From Octopus vulgaris (lineage: Eukaryota): a DNA stretch of 64,000 bases. Both the position numbers and the translations under genes were made by a program. Of the stretch, positions 1-13,292 are shown piece by piece (within the stretch, counting starts at the first letter, position 1; each line of letters starts with the position of its first letter). The stretch spans positions 36,766,001-36,830,000 of the forward strand of contig OX597827.1 of the NCBI GenBank assembly GCA_951406725.2, read 5' to 3'. The notes below the pieces were generated by a model that was given only the letters and a program-made list of their open reading frames with translations, had not been told where the DNA came from and made no database searches.

Positions 1-37
<37 letters not shown>

Positions 38-377
38 CACACATGCACGTGTACAAAATCTCCTGGTGTATGCTTATACGAGTTAGTTGTTACAGGCGAA
101 AGAAAGAAAAACAGAAAATTAGAGAAAGAAATGGAAAAAATAGATTGTGGTAGAGAGTGTGAATTGATGGCATTCGAAAAGTATCTAAAGAAGGTTAGAT
201 ACTTCGATTAGCTTGTGAAACGAACACATAAAAACACACACATAAAATTACATGTATATCTACATAAATACAAACATACATACAAAAACACACGCATATA
301 GATACATATACAAATATGCAAAAAATATGTACGTATTTTTGTACATGGTACAAAATGTACCATGTACATGGTCATAT

Positions 378-780
378 TACTCTTTTTACTCTTTTTACTT
401 GTTTCAGTCATTTGACTGTGGCCATGCTGGAGCACCGCCTTTAATCGAGCAACTCGACCCCGGGACTTATTCTTTTGTAAGCCCAGTACTTATTCTATCG
501 GTCTCTTTTGCCGAACCGCTAAGTGACGGGGACATAAACACACCAGCATCGGTTGTCAAGCAATGCTAGGGGACAAACACAGACACACATGCATATATAT
601 ATATATATATACATATATACGACGGTCTTCTTTCAGTTTCTGTCTACCAAATCCACTCACAAGGCTTTGGTCGGCCCGGGGCTATAGCAGAAGACACTTG
701 CCCAAGGTGCCACGCAGTGGGACTGAACCCGGAACCATGCGGTTGGTAGACAAGCTACTTACCACACAGCCACTCCTGCG
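378..780 (-). mobile_element. tRNA-derived CORE-type SINE (family A), full length
   Basis: Minus strand: A-box-like TGGCTGTGTGG, B-box-like GGTTCAGTCCC, CORE-like ACCTTGGGCAAGT, internal microsatellite, AAAGAGT-repeat tail. Many copies in the window. Confidence 0.85.
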
Positions 781-842
781 CATATGTATAAAATTATGTA
801 CAATTATGTAAAGTATGTACATGGTCACATATATAAAATTAT

Positions 843-1248
843 ATACTTCTGAACCTTTCCTATAGAGTGAAGATGCTTCTCTATAGCAGTGTGGGAGCAT
901 TCCATTTTCTCTGCAAGTTCCCTGGTCGTTTGGCAAGAATTTTTGTGCAAAAGTTGGTTTAATCGCTCTTCAACAAACTCAACTGGACGGCCAGAGTGAG
1001 GTGCGTCTTTTAGTCAAAATTTCCATTTTTGAACTTGGCATACCAATCACAAGCAGTTCTTTAGTCATAGCACCCTCTCCATACACAGCACAAATGTCGC
1101 GAGCAGCTTTTGCAACCTTAGAACCTTGATTAAAAGTAAAAAGCAGGAGGTGTCGAAAATGCTCATTTTTCTTAACTTGACATTCCATTTTAATGATCTG
1201 AAAATAAAAAAAAATTAATTAAAATTAACTAGAAATGAAAAAACAAAA
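843..1248 (-). mobile_element. mariner transposase N-terminal fragment
   Basis: MECQVKKNEHFRHLLLFTFNQGSKVAKAARDICAVYGEGA and, after a frameshift, HTAIEKHLHSIGKVQK: mariner HTH region. Confidence 0.8.
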
Positions 1249-1250
1249 TA

Positions 1251-1760
1251 TTGGGTTGTCCAGAAAGTTCGTGCCGATTTATAGTAACTTACCTTTCAAC
1301 TTATTTTAGAACATGGTTGAGTCCATAAAATAGGATATGACTATATCCTATAAAATAGGATATGACTTTTTGTGAAAGAAGGTTTATGTTCCTATAACCT
1401 GTGTTAATTCTGTAACCCTTTAAAATGGAAGATAAGAAAGTTCATTTTCGGTACTTGATGCTTTGGGAACCAGACAAAAATTGCTGCAGCTCAGCTGGGA
1501 TGTGTTACCCCACCCTCCATATTCACCAGATATTGCTCCTTCAGATTTCCACTTATTCAGGTCTCTGCAGAATAGTCTTAATTGTAAAAATTTCAATTCC
1601 TTGGATGATGTAAAAAGATACCTTGATGAATTCTTTTCCATGAAACCACCTCAATTCTGGGAAGAGGGTATTTTCAAGTTAAAGGAAAGATGGAGATGCA
1701 TTGTTGCAACAAAATGGTTTATATTTGGTTGATTAAAAATGTAATGGCAAGTATTTATTG
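1251..1760 (+). mobile_element. internally deleted mariner
   Basis: TIR ttgggttgtccagaaagttcgtgc matches the reverse-complement TIR at about 55965-55988. MEDKKVHFRYLML is joined directly to LPHPPYSPDIAPSDFHLFRSL. Confidence 0.85.
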
Positions 1761-1774
1761 ACAAACCAATACTT

Positions 1775-2645
1775 CATGTCTCACTTCCATGCAGTGCTAC
1801 ATTTCATATACAAGTATCATACACTCTACCCTTCACTCTTAGGGAGAAACTTTTTATTGTGGGTAATGGTACTTGCTTTCTGAACTTTACCCCATTCATT
1901 CTTTCTGTTTTAACTATGCTTTCAGAACATTCACCCAACCCACTACTAATTAGACCACCTGGGCAACAGAAACTATTAACTACTTCTAGAGAGTCACTTG
2001 ACATTTAAGAGAATCAATTTCTGTGGTGTTTTCATTCCTTAATGCTGTGCATCTGCTGCATATGAAGTTTACCTTCTCTGTTAGCTGATTTGTGATACTA
2101 CTTTTGCATTCAAGATATATGCTGGGTACACTGTATCAAATCCTTACTTTCTCCTCTTCTCCATATTGAACATTGCCATTTTGCTTATGGGAGCAAGGTC
2201 TTGTCTTCTAATTTAAAAAAGTTTCAGCAAAGTTTACTTTGAAACCTCTAGATTCCAGGTCTTGCTTCCATGTCTGAAATTCTTTTGTAAATCTATCCAG
2301 ATTTAGCTATGAAAACTAGATTATCTGCATATAGAAGTTACTTTGGACAACTAATCTTAAATTTGCCTATTATAGCATGGATGACTATAATGAACAGAAT
2401 AGGGTTGAAAACTTAACCCTGGTATACTCCATCCAGCACATTAAATTTTTCACTGTAATCACTGCAAATTCTTACTTTGCTGACCATTCCTTTGTACATG
2501 GCTTGTGCAGACCTCTCAAGTCATCCATCTACATTTAATTTCTTGGCAGACAGCAGATTACAGAACATGTAACTTTGACAAAAGCCATCTGCAGGTAATA
2601 AAATATTAGTTACCAAGGCTTCCTCTTAGCTAAGTACTTCCCAAC
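1775..2645 (-). mobile_element. decayed RTE-clade LINE, RT region
   Basis: Degenerate LLYADNLV and LSLRVKGRVYDTC motifs typical of RTE RT. Confidence 0.75.
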
Positions 2646-2689
2646 TATGCACACACATACACACACATGCATATGTGTCCATGTGCGCT

Positions 2690-4235
2690 TTATTCTTTTG
2701 CTAAGTTTATTCTTAAGCCTATTGATTCTGGGTTTTGATTCCACGTTTGGAATTTCTTCTCTAAATGCTCTGCACTACAAGGTCATCAATATATCAGAGT
2801 TTCCACAAATATTTGATCATAAATTCTTCTGTTATGACTTGGAGAGCTACAACAATAGGAAAGAGTTTGGAAGTGAGTCTTGATAAAACTTTCCTGTGGA
2901 CTAAGTTCCTCATAAAACTCATTGCCAACCCTCCTGTTACTGGTTGCATTCCTGCACCTGTGTATGGCTTGTACAGCTCTTGTATGCCATTTATCAATTG
3001 GTTTTCATAAAGACTACCAGAGTACTGTTCAAGGTACCCTGACAAAGTCTTTTGCCAGATCAAACAAATGCTAGGTAAAGAGACTTACTCTCATCTAAAA
3101 ACTTCTTTTGCAGTAATTTTGTGATGATGAGAGCATCAGTAGTATCCTAACCTGAAACAAATCTGAACCACATAGTTGATTCTCGTCCTAATCGATTGTG
3201 CTAAGACTCTTTCTCTGACTTTAATATCTTGATTCATCAGTTTGATATTTCTATAGTTGTTTTTTTTTTCTGGAGTAGTTCTTTGCACTTTAAACTGTTG
3301 ATGATTATACTGCTATGCCAGTCATTGGCTGTGTCACTTTCATATTTTATTTGGTGTGACTAGCTTGAACCCTACTTTTATTTGGTGTGACTAGCTTGAA
3401 CCCTACTTTTATTTGGTGTGACTAGCTTGAACCCTACTTTTATTGGTGTGACTAGCTTGAACCCTACTTTTATTTGGTGTGACTAGCTTGAACCCTACTT
3501 TTATTTGGTGTGACTAGCTTGAACCCTACTTTTATTTGGTGTGACTAGCTTGAACCCTACTTTTATTTGGTGTGACTAGCTTGAACCCTACTTTTATTTG
3601 GTGTGACAAGCTTGAACCCTACTTTTATTTGGTGTGACTAGCTTGAACCCTACTTTTATTTGGTGTGACTAGCTTGAACCCTACTTTTATTTGGTGTGAC
3701 AAGCTTGAACCCTACTTTTATTTGGTGTGACTAGCTTAAACCCTACTTTTATTTGGTGTGACTAGCTTGAACCCTACTTTTATTTGGTGTGACTAGCTTG
3801 AACCCTACTTTTATTTGGTGTGACTAGCTTGAACCCTACTTTTATTTGGTGTGACTAGCTTGAACCCTACTTTTATTTGGTGTGACTAGCTTGAACCCTA
3901 CTTCAGCATCTCAGTGAGTATTCCTGGTGGATCTGCTACTTTCCTTATCTTCATATCCTTAATGGTCTTTTCAAAGTGTCTACTTTAATAGCTAGTTCCT
4001 CTAATAAATATACCTGAGATAGTTCTTATATATTTGCCACCTTCAGAAATCTCCCATAATAACATTCCTAAGCCTCCTCTCTTTCACTGTCAGTGAGGGA
4101 AAGTGTGCCACTGTCATTTGAATCATACTTTTCCCCAATAACAACATCCTGATATACTGCTTTGCAAGTCAAAGCAGCTCATGTCTTTGTCCCTTTCGTT
4201 ATAGAATATTGATAAACATCTTGCTTAGCATCTCT
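2690..4235 (-). mobile_element. second decayed RTE LINE, RT region
   Basis: LQVITEEF...KL*YIDDLV and the upstream RT segment; interrupted by the 31-bp array. Confidence 0.65.
3345..3903. repeat. 31-bp tandem minisatellite, about 18 copies
   Basis: Unit ttttatttggtgtgactagcttgaaccctac, head-to-tail, no spacers. Confidence 0.97.
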
Positions 4236-4239
4236 TCTC

Positions 4240-6660
4240 ATCATCATCATTTAACGTCTGTTATCGATGCTGGCATGGGTTTGAATGGTACTGGCAAGCT
4301 GGAAAGCTGCACCAGACTCCAGTCTGATTTGGCATGGTTTCTACAGCTGGATACCCTTCCTAATGCCATCTAGTCTGAAAGTGTAATGGGTAGTTTTACG
4401 TTCCACTGGCACGGGTGCCATCTGCATGACACAAGTATCTGCCACAACTGTGATTTTCCTCGGATTGGCGGGTCTTTTTCTCAAGCAAGACATAATGCCA
4501 AAGGTCCCAGTCATTGCCTCTATGAGGCCTAACACTTGAAAGGAGCTCAGCCACTTTGCCTCCATTGATGCTCATCACTTGAAGAATACCTTTTACATGC
4601 CACCAGCATGGGTACCAGTTACATGACACCAGCATCAGCCATGACTATTATTTCACTTGTATTGACATGTCTTCTCATAGCATATTGCCAAAGGTCTTGG
4701 TTACTAGTCATTGCCTCTGTGAGGTGCAAAGTTTGAAGATCATGCTTCACCACCTTGTCCCATGTCTTCCTGGGTCTACCACTACAACAGATTCCTCCCC
4801 AGTTAGAGATCAGCACTTCTTTACATAGCTGTCCTTGTCCATATGCGTCACAAGACCATATCAGTGCAGTTGTCTCTCTTGCATCTTGTGCCTAACTTTT
4901 CTCTCAAGATACTTACACTCTATCAAACATGCACACTGATACTGCACATCAAGCAAAACATATTGGCTTCATTCCTCTCAAGCCTATGCATGTCCTCGAC
5001 TGTCACAGCTCATGTTTCACTGCCATGTAGCATAGTCGCTTGCAGACAGGCATCATACAGTCTGCCTTTCACTCTGAGGGAGAGGCCCTTTGTTGCCAGC
5101 AGAGGTAGGAGTTCTCTGAACTTTGCCCAGCCTATTCGTATTCTAACACCAACACTCTCAGATTTACAATATGGGTGACTAGAACATCACCCATATTGCC
5201 GGATATTTTAAGCATCACAGCATTAATTCCTGACAGGCTGGGGGGCTTTCCCTCTTTTCATATCCTTAAGTGCTTTATCTACCAGGGTACTGTCAATTTG
5301 GGTAGCTGGTCCCTCAATTGGGTCAACATTTGGCAGACTCCTCCTCCTCCCATTCATTCTCCACATTCAGGAATCTTTCATAATGGTGTTTCTAAGCCTT
5401 TGTCTTTACAGAATCATTAAATGCAAGTGCACCATTATCCATGTGGACACATTTCTCTTCAATGACATAACAATTTTCTCTCAATCCAAAACACTTCAGT
5501 TCTTTGTTCCTCATGTGCTGAACATAGGCAAACTTATTTTCTGCTTCTCCCTTGGCTAGATATACCTGTATCCTAGCTTACCTTCTAGCTATCTGAAACA
5601 GTTCCTTACTACCCCTACTCATCCAGACCTTCCAGGCTTATTTCTTTGCTCTAATGGCCCTGTCAACAGCATTGTTCACCACCACGTTATCCTAGGTCTG
5701 GATGGGACTTTGCACAAGCTGCAGATTTGGTCTGTGGCACTCAGCAAATTGTCCTACAGGAATTCCCAGTTGCCTTCTATGTCCATAGCTCCTTCTCCCT
5801 CTCATCAAATTCCTCAATTAGGATATCCCTAAACATCTGAAGGATCCTTAAGCTTCCAAATCCTTCTTTTCCAGATTGGTCTGCTTCTTGGCATCCTTAT
5901 GGCCCAGAGTCTAAAGTCACTAATGACTAGTCTATGCTGAGAGGTACATTCTTCACCAGGGAGGGTCTTTGTATCTGAGAACAATCATGTATCCTGCTGT
6001 CTGGTGAGAATGTAATCGATCTGGCTGACACAGTCATCTGATTTGTATGTTATCAAGAGGCTGGCTGGCTTCCTGAAGTTGGTGTTGCAGATCAAAAGGT
6101 TATTTGCATCACAGAACTCCAGTAGCCTAATTCCCTCTTCATTTCGGGAACCAATTCCAAGGCTCCCATGTACACCATGGAGAATACCAGGCTGCTGTCC
6201 AACATGTCTGTTGAAATTCCCAGCCACGAAGATGAGATCATTGTCACTTGTCTTTGATGTAGCCTGCAGAAGAATATCAGAAAAGTGATCCTTCTGTTCA
6301 TTTGGTAAGCTTGTTTGTGGGGCATAGGCTGAGATAATTGTCCCTATACTATTCTGCAAGACTAGCCTGAGTTTAAGCCCTCTATCACACTCTGACTACC
6401 TTTATGACCGTATCCTCCAATTTCTCTGCAAGATGTATGCCCACATCACCTACCCTATCACTGTTACTTTCCCAGTAGATTTTATACCTATGTGTCTTGC
6501 CTGTGAAGAACCAGGTTGAAGCTCCTCTCCACCTTACCTCTTGGATGCAATATACATCAACACACCTCCATTCAAGCATCTCAACGATCTTGCTAGACCT
6601 ACCTTTCAATGTGCCTACATTGACAGTGTCAACCCTGAAAACTAGGAAAGGGACGTGGGA
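4240..6660 (-). mobile_element. RTE LINE with APE endonuclease remnant, internal deletion and 3' tail
   Basis: TVNVGTLKGRS..CIQEVRWRG, ISAYAPQ, AGNFNRHVG, SQIDYIL; 3' GRPRKTWDKVV; (GAT)n tail at about 4240. Confidence 0.9.
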
Positions 6661-7703
6661 GGGAACATGGGAAGGTGTGATGGTAATCAGCACCCAAAAT
6701 CCTTGGCTTTTATTCCTTACTGCCCTCCTTCATCCATTATTATCAGGCCTGTTTTTTAGCATTTCTTATTCTATCTACAATAATATTTCAGGCACCATAT
6801 TACCTTTTAGCTGACTGGAAACTTTCTCAAGTCAGAGATTTGGTCAGTAATTCATAGCTAATTGTCTCATAGAAACTCCTATCTATCCTACTCTTTATGT
6901 ACATTACTGAGAACCTTTCTAAATCCATTATCAGGAGAAGAATATTTCAGTTTCCACACCATCTTTACCTAAAATGTCTCTGGGTCCACTTAGTGCTTCT
7001 TCTGAAGTCATTAATCACTTTGTCTATGTTGAGTGGTACATTCTTTATTGAGGAACTACTTTGTATTCACAACTATCTACCTATCCTATATCCTGTTGAG
7101 AATGAAGCCTCTCTGACTTGCATATTCATCAGAATGATATCTCTGTGTAATTTGTTGGACTAACTTTGACAGATGTAGATGCAATCCTAATAACCTGGTA
7201 AGTAGACTAGAGTATCAGGTGGAAGGTGAATTGATGTTTGAGATCTGTTTCCTGTGACTTGAAGGACATGTGTGATCACATGATGACAGTCAAGGAGTTC
7301 TCATACAGAACCAACCAACCTTTTCACTACTGAATAGATATTAGTAGTACTAGAATGGTAAGTTTAGACTCCGCTAAACATTTATTATTCTTAAAAAAAT
7401 TGCAAGTTCTATTCTGCTTTGATAATGCCCTATAATCTTCATTTAACCGTTTTGAATTTCTTTGGAAAAGGTATGAACACCACAACATTACATATCTACT
7501 ATCATGCTTTAATCTCTCTCAATGCAGATTTATCCATGTGCTAAAAAAAATTTGATATTTAAAGAAACAAATTTTTTTACTGTCAAACTAATGGGAAATT
7601 AAAATAATCAACAAACCTCAACTCTTCCTTCCTCTCTTCTTCCTCACCCCTCAACTCATCCATTATTGGCACTTTGACTTTACTCTGGAAGATGAAACTT
7701 TAC

Positions 7704-7796
7704 CACAGCATCAGGTGAGGTGGTGGTAACAGAGAGAGGAGTAGAAGTATGAGTGAGTTGCTGGACTTGTTTCTGCTTGTCTTCCAATTCCTTCCT
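7704..7796 (-). other. possible isolated coding exon (RKELEDKQKQVQQLTHTSTPLSVTTTSPDAV)
   Basis: 93 nt, open frame, cacAG acceptor and GTAAAG donor; no homology recognised. Confidence 0.3.
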
Positions 7797-9500
7797 CTGT
7801 GAGCATTTGCAAAAATACATGTCTGTCTAATTGGTCCAAATGATGATGAGATACAATCAAAGAATTCTAATGAACAAATCTGAATTCAATAGTGATATTT
7901 TTCACAATTAAAATGTCCGCTGATGTTAAAGCTTCCCTGTCAATAGTCTTAGATCTCGTTAATTTAACACCATTAACATTCATTGAAGTTAATTGCAAAT
8001 TTCAATCCATTCGTTTACAGTTTACAGTTAACAATATTCTTTCTTGAGTATATGTGTATGCGTGAGTGTATGTATATATGTTTGTGTGTGTGTGTGTTTG
8101 TGTGTGTATATATGTGTGTTTGTATGTATGTGTGTGTATGTATTTGTGTATGGGTGAGCACCCCAACCACCAAGATAATGACACACACACATATGCACAT
8201 ACTGATATAAAAATACATGTATGTACAAGCATGCATGTAGGTATGTGTGAATGTGTTTGTGTGTGTGTGTATGTTTGTGCACTTATTCATAGATACTAAC
8301 ATAACTGCACACACCTACACACACAAATGTGTATATACATGTGTGTGTGTGTGGGGGGGGGGTGAACTAGTTTTTCTAGATTCTGTTTTGCTAATTCCTC
8401 AATTGAACAGCTTTGTTGTTTTACTTGGAGGACAAAACTCAGTAACTTTCTGCTTACACAGTAAATTTTATGTGTTGCTACTGCTGTTGATACTATTGTT
8501 GTTACTGAGGCTGTTGTTAGAGTAACTTCACTGCCATATGAAGCCTACAGGACATTGACACAAAACGGCTGTTGCTGTTGAAGCTGCTGGTATATCTGTC
8601 ATTTCTCCTGAGTAAGTTTTCTAAAATGAGTAAGGTGAGTGGTAACTGCTAAATATGTGCTCTTTATGTCTTATTATTATCATCATCATGATCATCACCA
8701 GCATTATTTTCATTATCATTCTCATTGACAGTGGTTGTGTCATTGTTGTCATCATCATTGCATCTGACACTATCACTGTGAAAACTGTGTGCCAGATGTC
8801 CATCTTTGATGCCATTTATCATGTATGTTGATGGTGTGTATCTGATGGTAAAACAGATAGACTGGGTCTTCAGAATTAGGTCATATAAATCATCTGATAA
8901 GATATTAACTCAAAAGAATACCACATGATATGAGCCAAGCTGAAAATACTGCTCACATGCCCATGATGGATAGATTGCTTCATCCATAAACATTCTAGAT
9001 ATGTTGTCCTATAAAGAGAAGTACTTGCTACTTCCTTCTCATTTCCACACTTTCCTTGTACACAATATGATTATACATGCAAGCCACTCACTCACACCCT
9101 TACTATCCCATGCCATTAGACTCTTACACTTGCACGCCTCAACACACATATATCCCCCAAGAATTGAAATAATTAAATGTCTTTCGAAATTTATGGCAAC
9201 ATTTCATTGTAAAACTCCTATTAAAATTTAATAAAATTAATTTATAAGGTGAATTCTACAATAAAGATGTGACTTTCTCTATATGTATTTTTGTTGTCAA
9301 ATACTCTGAATTTCTTAAAATTCTTCTAAATGATATTTGAATCTACTTGTCATACATGAGAAATTACCTTGGATGTGTATTCTACTTACATTTACTGGCA
9401 TCTGGTTGTTGGATATAGTTAACCAAATTCATTTAAAACTGAGTGCTTTATTGGTATTTGCCTGGATTTTTTAATCTCTTTTTTCTTCTAGCTATATATA

Positions 9501-10864
9501 CGAGGGGCGTTCAATAAGTAATGCCCCTGACCCACTTGCAGTTGTTTGATCTAGCTGAAATTGTGCACTTATGTGCACTTATTTATACCTCTATAGATTA
9601 AGTGGCGAATTACAGCTCTGAACTACTTGCAGTTGTTTGATCTAGCTGAAATTGTGCACTTATGTGCACTTATTTATACCTCTATAGATTAAGTGGCGAA
9701 TTACAGCTCTGAACTAATTGTGGTTTCTGATTTACAGGTGTTTGAACTGAGTCAAGTGTGAAATGGAGCCTGTTGAGTGTCGAGCAGTGATCTGGTTTTT
9801 GTATTTGAAAGGACGCACACCACGGGAGACTTTTGATGAAATGAAAGTAACTTATGGTGATGATGCCCCATCATATGACCTTGTAAAACGCTGGCATTGT
9901 GAATTCAAACATAGTCGGAACTCTGTGGAAACAGCTCCCAGATCTGGTCGCCCCCTTCTGCCGTTGATGAGACGTCTGTCCGTCAAGTTGAGGCTGCCAT
10001 TTTGGAAGGTCAACGCATAACTATTCGCCAAATAGCCCATAAGGTCAAGATTAGTACCGGTTCTGTGGAAACTATCATTCATGACCATTTGCATATGCAA
10101 AAGGTGTCTGCCAGATGGATTTCCAGGTTGCTCACACCTTTCCAGAAGCAAGAACGCGTTGAGTGCTCGAGGATGAATTTGGAGATGTGCCAGAAGATGA
10201 GTCAAAATTTTTCAAAAGACTGATCACACAGGATAAAACCTGGGTCCATCACTATGATCCATAGACCAAAGCCCAGTCAATGCAGTGAAAGCACCGTGAC
10301 TCACCTCCTCCAAAGAAGGCAAGGGTGCAGCCCTCCGCTGACAAGGTTATGCTCACAGTCTTCTGGGACCAAGTCGGAGTAGTGATGACAGATTTCCTGG
10401 CAAAGGGTACCACAATTACAGGAGCCTATTATGCTTCACTTTTGAGGAAATTAAGAGAAGCTATCAAAATCAAGAGGCGGGGCAAGATCAGCAAAGGCAT
10501 CCTCCTCCTGCAGGACAACGCTCCGGTCCACAACTCGCGTGTCGCCAGATCAGAAGCACAGGCGTGCAGCAATGAACTCCTCCCCTTGCACCCTCTGATT
10601 TTCACCTCTTCCCAGCCATGAAGTTGATTTTGAAAGGAAAGCGTTTCCCAGATGATGCAGCCTTGATTTCTGAAGTCACGTCGTGGTTGGAGGACCAAGC
10701 TGGGTTCTTCTACAAAAACGGTCTCCAGAGCTGCATCAAACGATGGGAGAAATGCATAACTCTGGGTAGTTCCTATGTAGGAAAAGACTAATAACTGTGC
10801 CAAGTGTCGTTGCTCTACTGCTATGGGAAGTGGGTCAGGGGCATTACTTATTGAACGCCCCTCG
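9501..10864 (+). mobile_element. near full-length mariner (irritans-like), transposase inactivated
   Basis: TA-flanked TIRs cgaggggcgttcaataagtaatgcccctgacccactt. Transposase 9763-10790 with ITQDKTWVHHYD and LLQDNAPVH, frameshifts, and loss of YSPDL. Confidence 0.95.
9534..9715. repeat. 91-bp direct duplication in mariner 5' region
   Basis: acttgcagttgtttgatc...ctctgaact repeated at 9534 and 9625. Confidence 0.95.
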
Positions 10865-10870
10865 TACATA

Positions 10871-12449
10871 CTAGCAATGCATCCTGGCGCTGCCCGGGTG
10901 TTATAACCTACAACCACATTGTATTATTTCTTCCTTTCTTATGGGCAGACTTGGCACAGCTGATAATGGCATAATGTTAATGGCATAATGGAAATTATTG
11001 TTTGTTTAAAAGTGAAGAGGAAGGTACAATTTGCATAGGTTTGCATGAAATTGCTTTCTGTTCTTAAGAAGGATCAGAAACTATGTATTGTTTCATCGTA
11101 TAAAAGGGGGTTAATACGATTTTGTTCAGAAATCCCGTTTTCAAAATTTTTATTCCCTCCATCCTCACCACAATTTCTTAAATTGTAACTTTTTTCTGAA
11201 TTTTTTTTTGTTTATCCACGTAGATTATAAATTTGGGAAATATATATATTTCTTTATAGTTTTATTTTTCTTAAAGAAAAACTCAATGCCCCTTCCCCTA
11301 CTTCGCCCGCCTATCACCTACCCACTTTGAAAAAGCTAAAATCTCCCAATCGTTCATATTCATCTGATGCTTTACACATGCGCAGAATTCTACTGAAATA
11401 GGAGACATAAAAAATACCTGACCAACAGGAGGAAAACCCGACATGCTAGAAATAATAGGTAAACAACATCATTTCTGAAGAAATTTCCCCGCTTACCAAA
11501 AAGCTAAAAGCGAAACATTGGGAGTTTGTAGCTTTTTGAAAATGGTGAGGTGATGGGTAAAATTCTTAAAGATTCGTACCCTCTGTTTTTTCCCCATGGA
11601 TTACCAAGAAAAAAATTTGAAAAAAATAAAAAATGAATTTGGTGTAGAGAGGGAGAAAATCAAAATACTGAGAATGTGTTCTTTGGGGTGAAATCCTAAT
11701 CTCCTGTATGGCAAACATAGGAATCGGAAGAAATTTAGGAGAAAAATAGGGATGGGGGCGCAAATGCCACCTCGGATATGCTAGAAAGAAGAGGTAAAGG
11801 ACAGGATTTCCGGAAAAATTCCCTTTTAAGTTTGTATCAAAGATATCAGGTTTTAAAATACGCTCAGCACAAACACAAGTTACACAATAGAAAAAAAGGT
11901 AATTTCAATTGGATTTGAGCTGTAAATTTGCACATGCACACAGCAAGAAACAACAATTTGTACAGAAGTTTTACCTGAAATATATATATCAGTGTGTGTA
12001 TAAGAGAGTGAGTGTATGTGTGTGCTTAAATCCAATTGAAATGGCCTTTGTATCCCAAAGGAAGTTATTTTATGGCATTCTTTCGTTCGAAGAAGCAAAT
12101 TTGTCAACTCAATCATATGATTATTTGTTAATTTCCGTAAAAGTTTTAAAATTTCTCTATGCCTTGAAGAGAGCAGAAATTGAAAGAGAGGAGAAAGTGA
12201 AAGGGTGACATTTGCTTTAAAGTGAAAGCAGAAAGAGAAAGATGTGTGTGTATATGAAATGGATGTGTGTGAGAGAGAAAGAGAGAGAGTGAGTGGTTGA
12301 GTGAAGGTGTGCATTGTGATGTATGAATTTTTTTTACTTGTATGTGTAAGTGGCACTCACTCTCTCTCTCTCTCTCGCTCGCACACACATTATCTTTCAT
12401 ATACCTGTACATAAATACATATGCATACATCTTTTTTGTGCATGTGCGT

Positions 12450-12489
<40 letters not shown>

Positions 12490-12793
12490 CTGAATTTCCT
12501 CATAACATATAGAGAAATTGATGTCTTTTGAGGTTGTGGCTTATTTTAATAAAATTTTTATGCATGCCTTTTCATAAATGTCTGTCTGTGTAGAATTCTA
12601 CACATGCGTGAAACATCGGACGAAAGTGAAACATTAGAAGAAAATCGAAATATTGCCCGAAAATGACCTCCAAATTGTGCGACCCGACCCCGTTTCCGAG
12701 GATATTTTAGTAGTAAAAAAAGAGTTGTTGTGCCAAAAAACATAGTTTATTTGGTAGATAGATGATAATCAGCTTTCTTTATTATAGTACAGA
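10871..12793 (-). mobile_element. non-autonomous Helitron
   Basis: Minus strand starts A|TCTGTACTATAATAAAG and ends with a GC hairpin (cccgggcagcgccagg) then CTAG|T. Confidence 0.7.
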
Positions 12794-13002
12794 TGTGACT
12801 AATTCGGAGAAACTTATTCATTATTCACACATCGTCACTCTAGTAATCCAACACTTGGTAATTTTGTTTCAAATTGAAAAAGTGAATCTATTTTGACCTC
12901 CTAATGAAACCTGGTCATTGTAGACCAGTCTATTTCAAATAACTACTGCTGGTTGTGGAGATAACGTAGAAAATATGTAAATGAAAATAAAGTTTATTTG
13001 AC

Positions 13003-13292
13003 TTATTTGACATGTGTAATTGATTTGATTGTTCTGTTCTTTACGTCAGTTGGTAAGAATAAATTTTTTGTAATTGGCACTCCTGTTGTAGGTTTAACCT
13101 GTGGAATATTGAAATGATACCCATCTTGTCCATTCCACAGAATAAGAATATACTGGAGAGCATCATAAGAGGGACGAGTCTGTGATACACGATTAAGGTT
13201 GTTGTCTCGAACGAATGAGAATATCATGATTTTCTTGGGGATCACCTACCATAAAGATGGCTACTTCATTAGATGTGGGCTCATTAAAACGG
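13003..13292 (-). pseudogene. Helitron RepHel fragment
   Basis: RFNEPTSNEVAI and RPSYDALQYILILWNGQDGYHFNI match conserved RepHel motifs (RFNAPT.DEVA; SYDALQYPL.FW.G.DGY). Confidence 0.85.

Noticed and set aside
3345-3903. CRISPR array
   Set aside because: Repeats are directly adjacent with no unique spacers; eukaryotic context; no cas genes
9763-10790. Active or domesticated transposase
   Set aside because: Frameshifts, stop codons and deletion of the YSPDL motif
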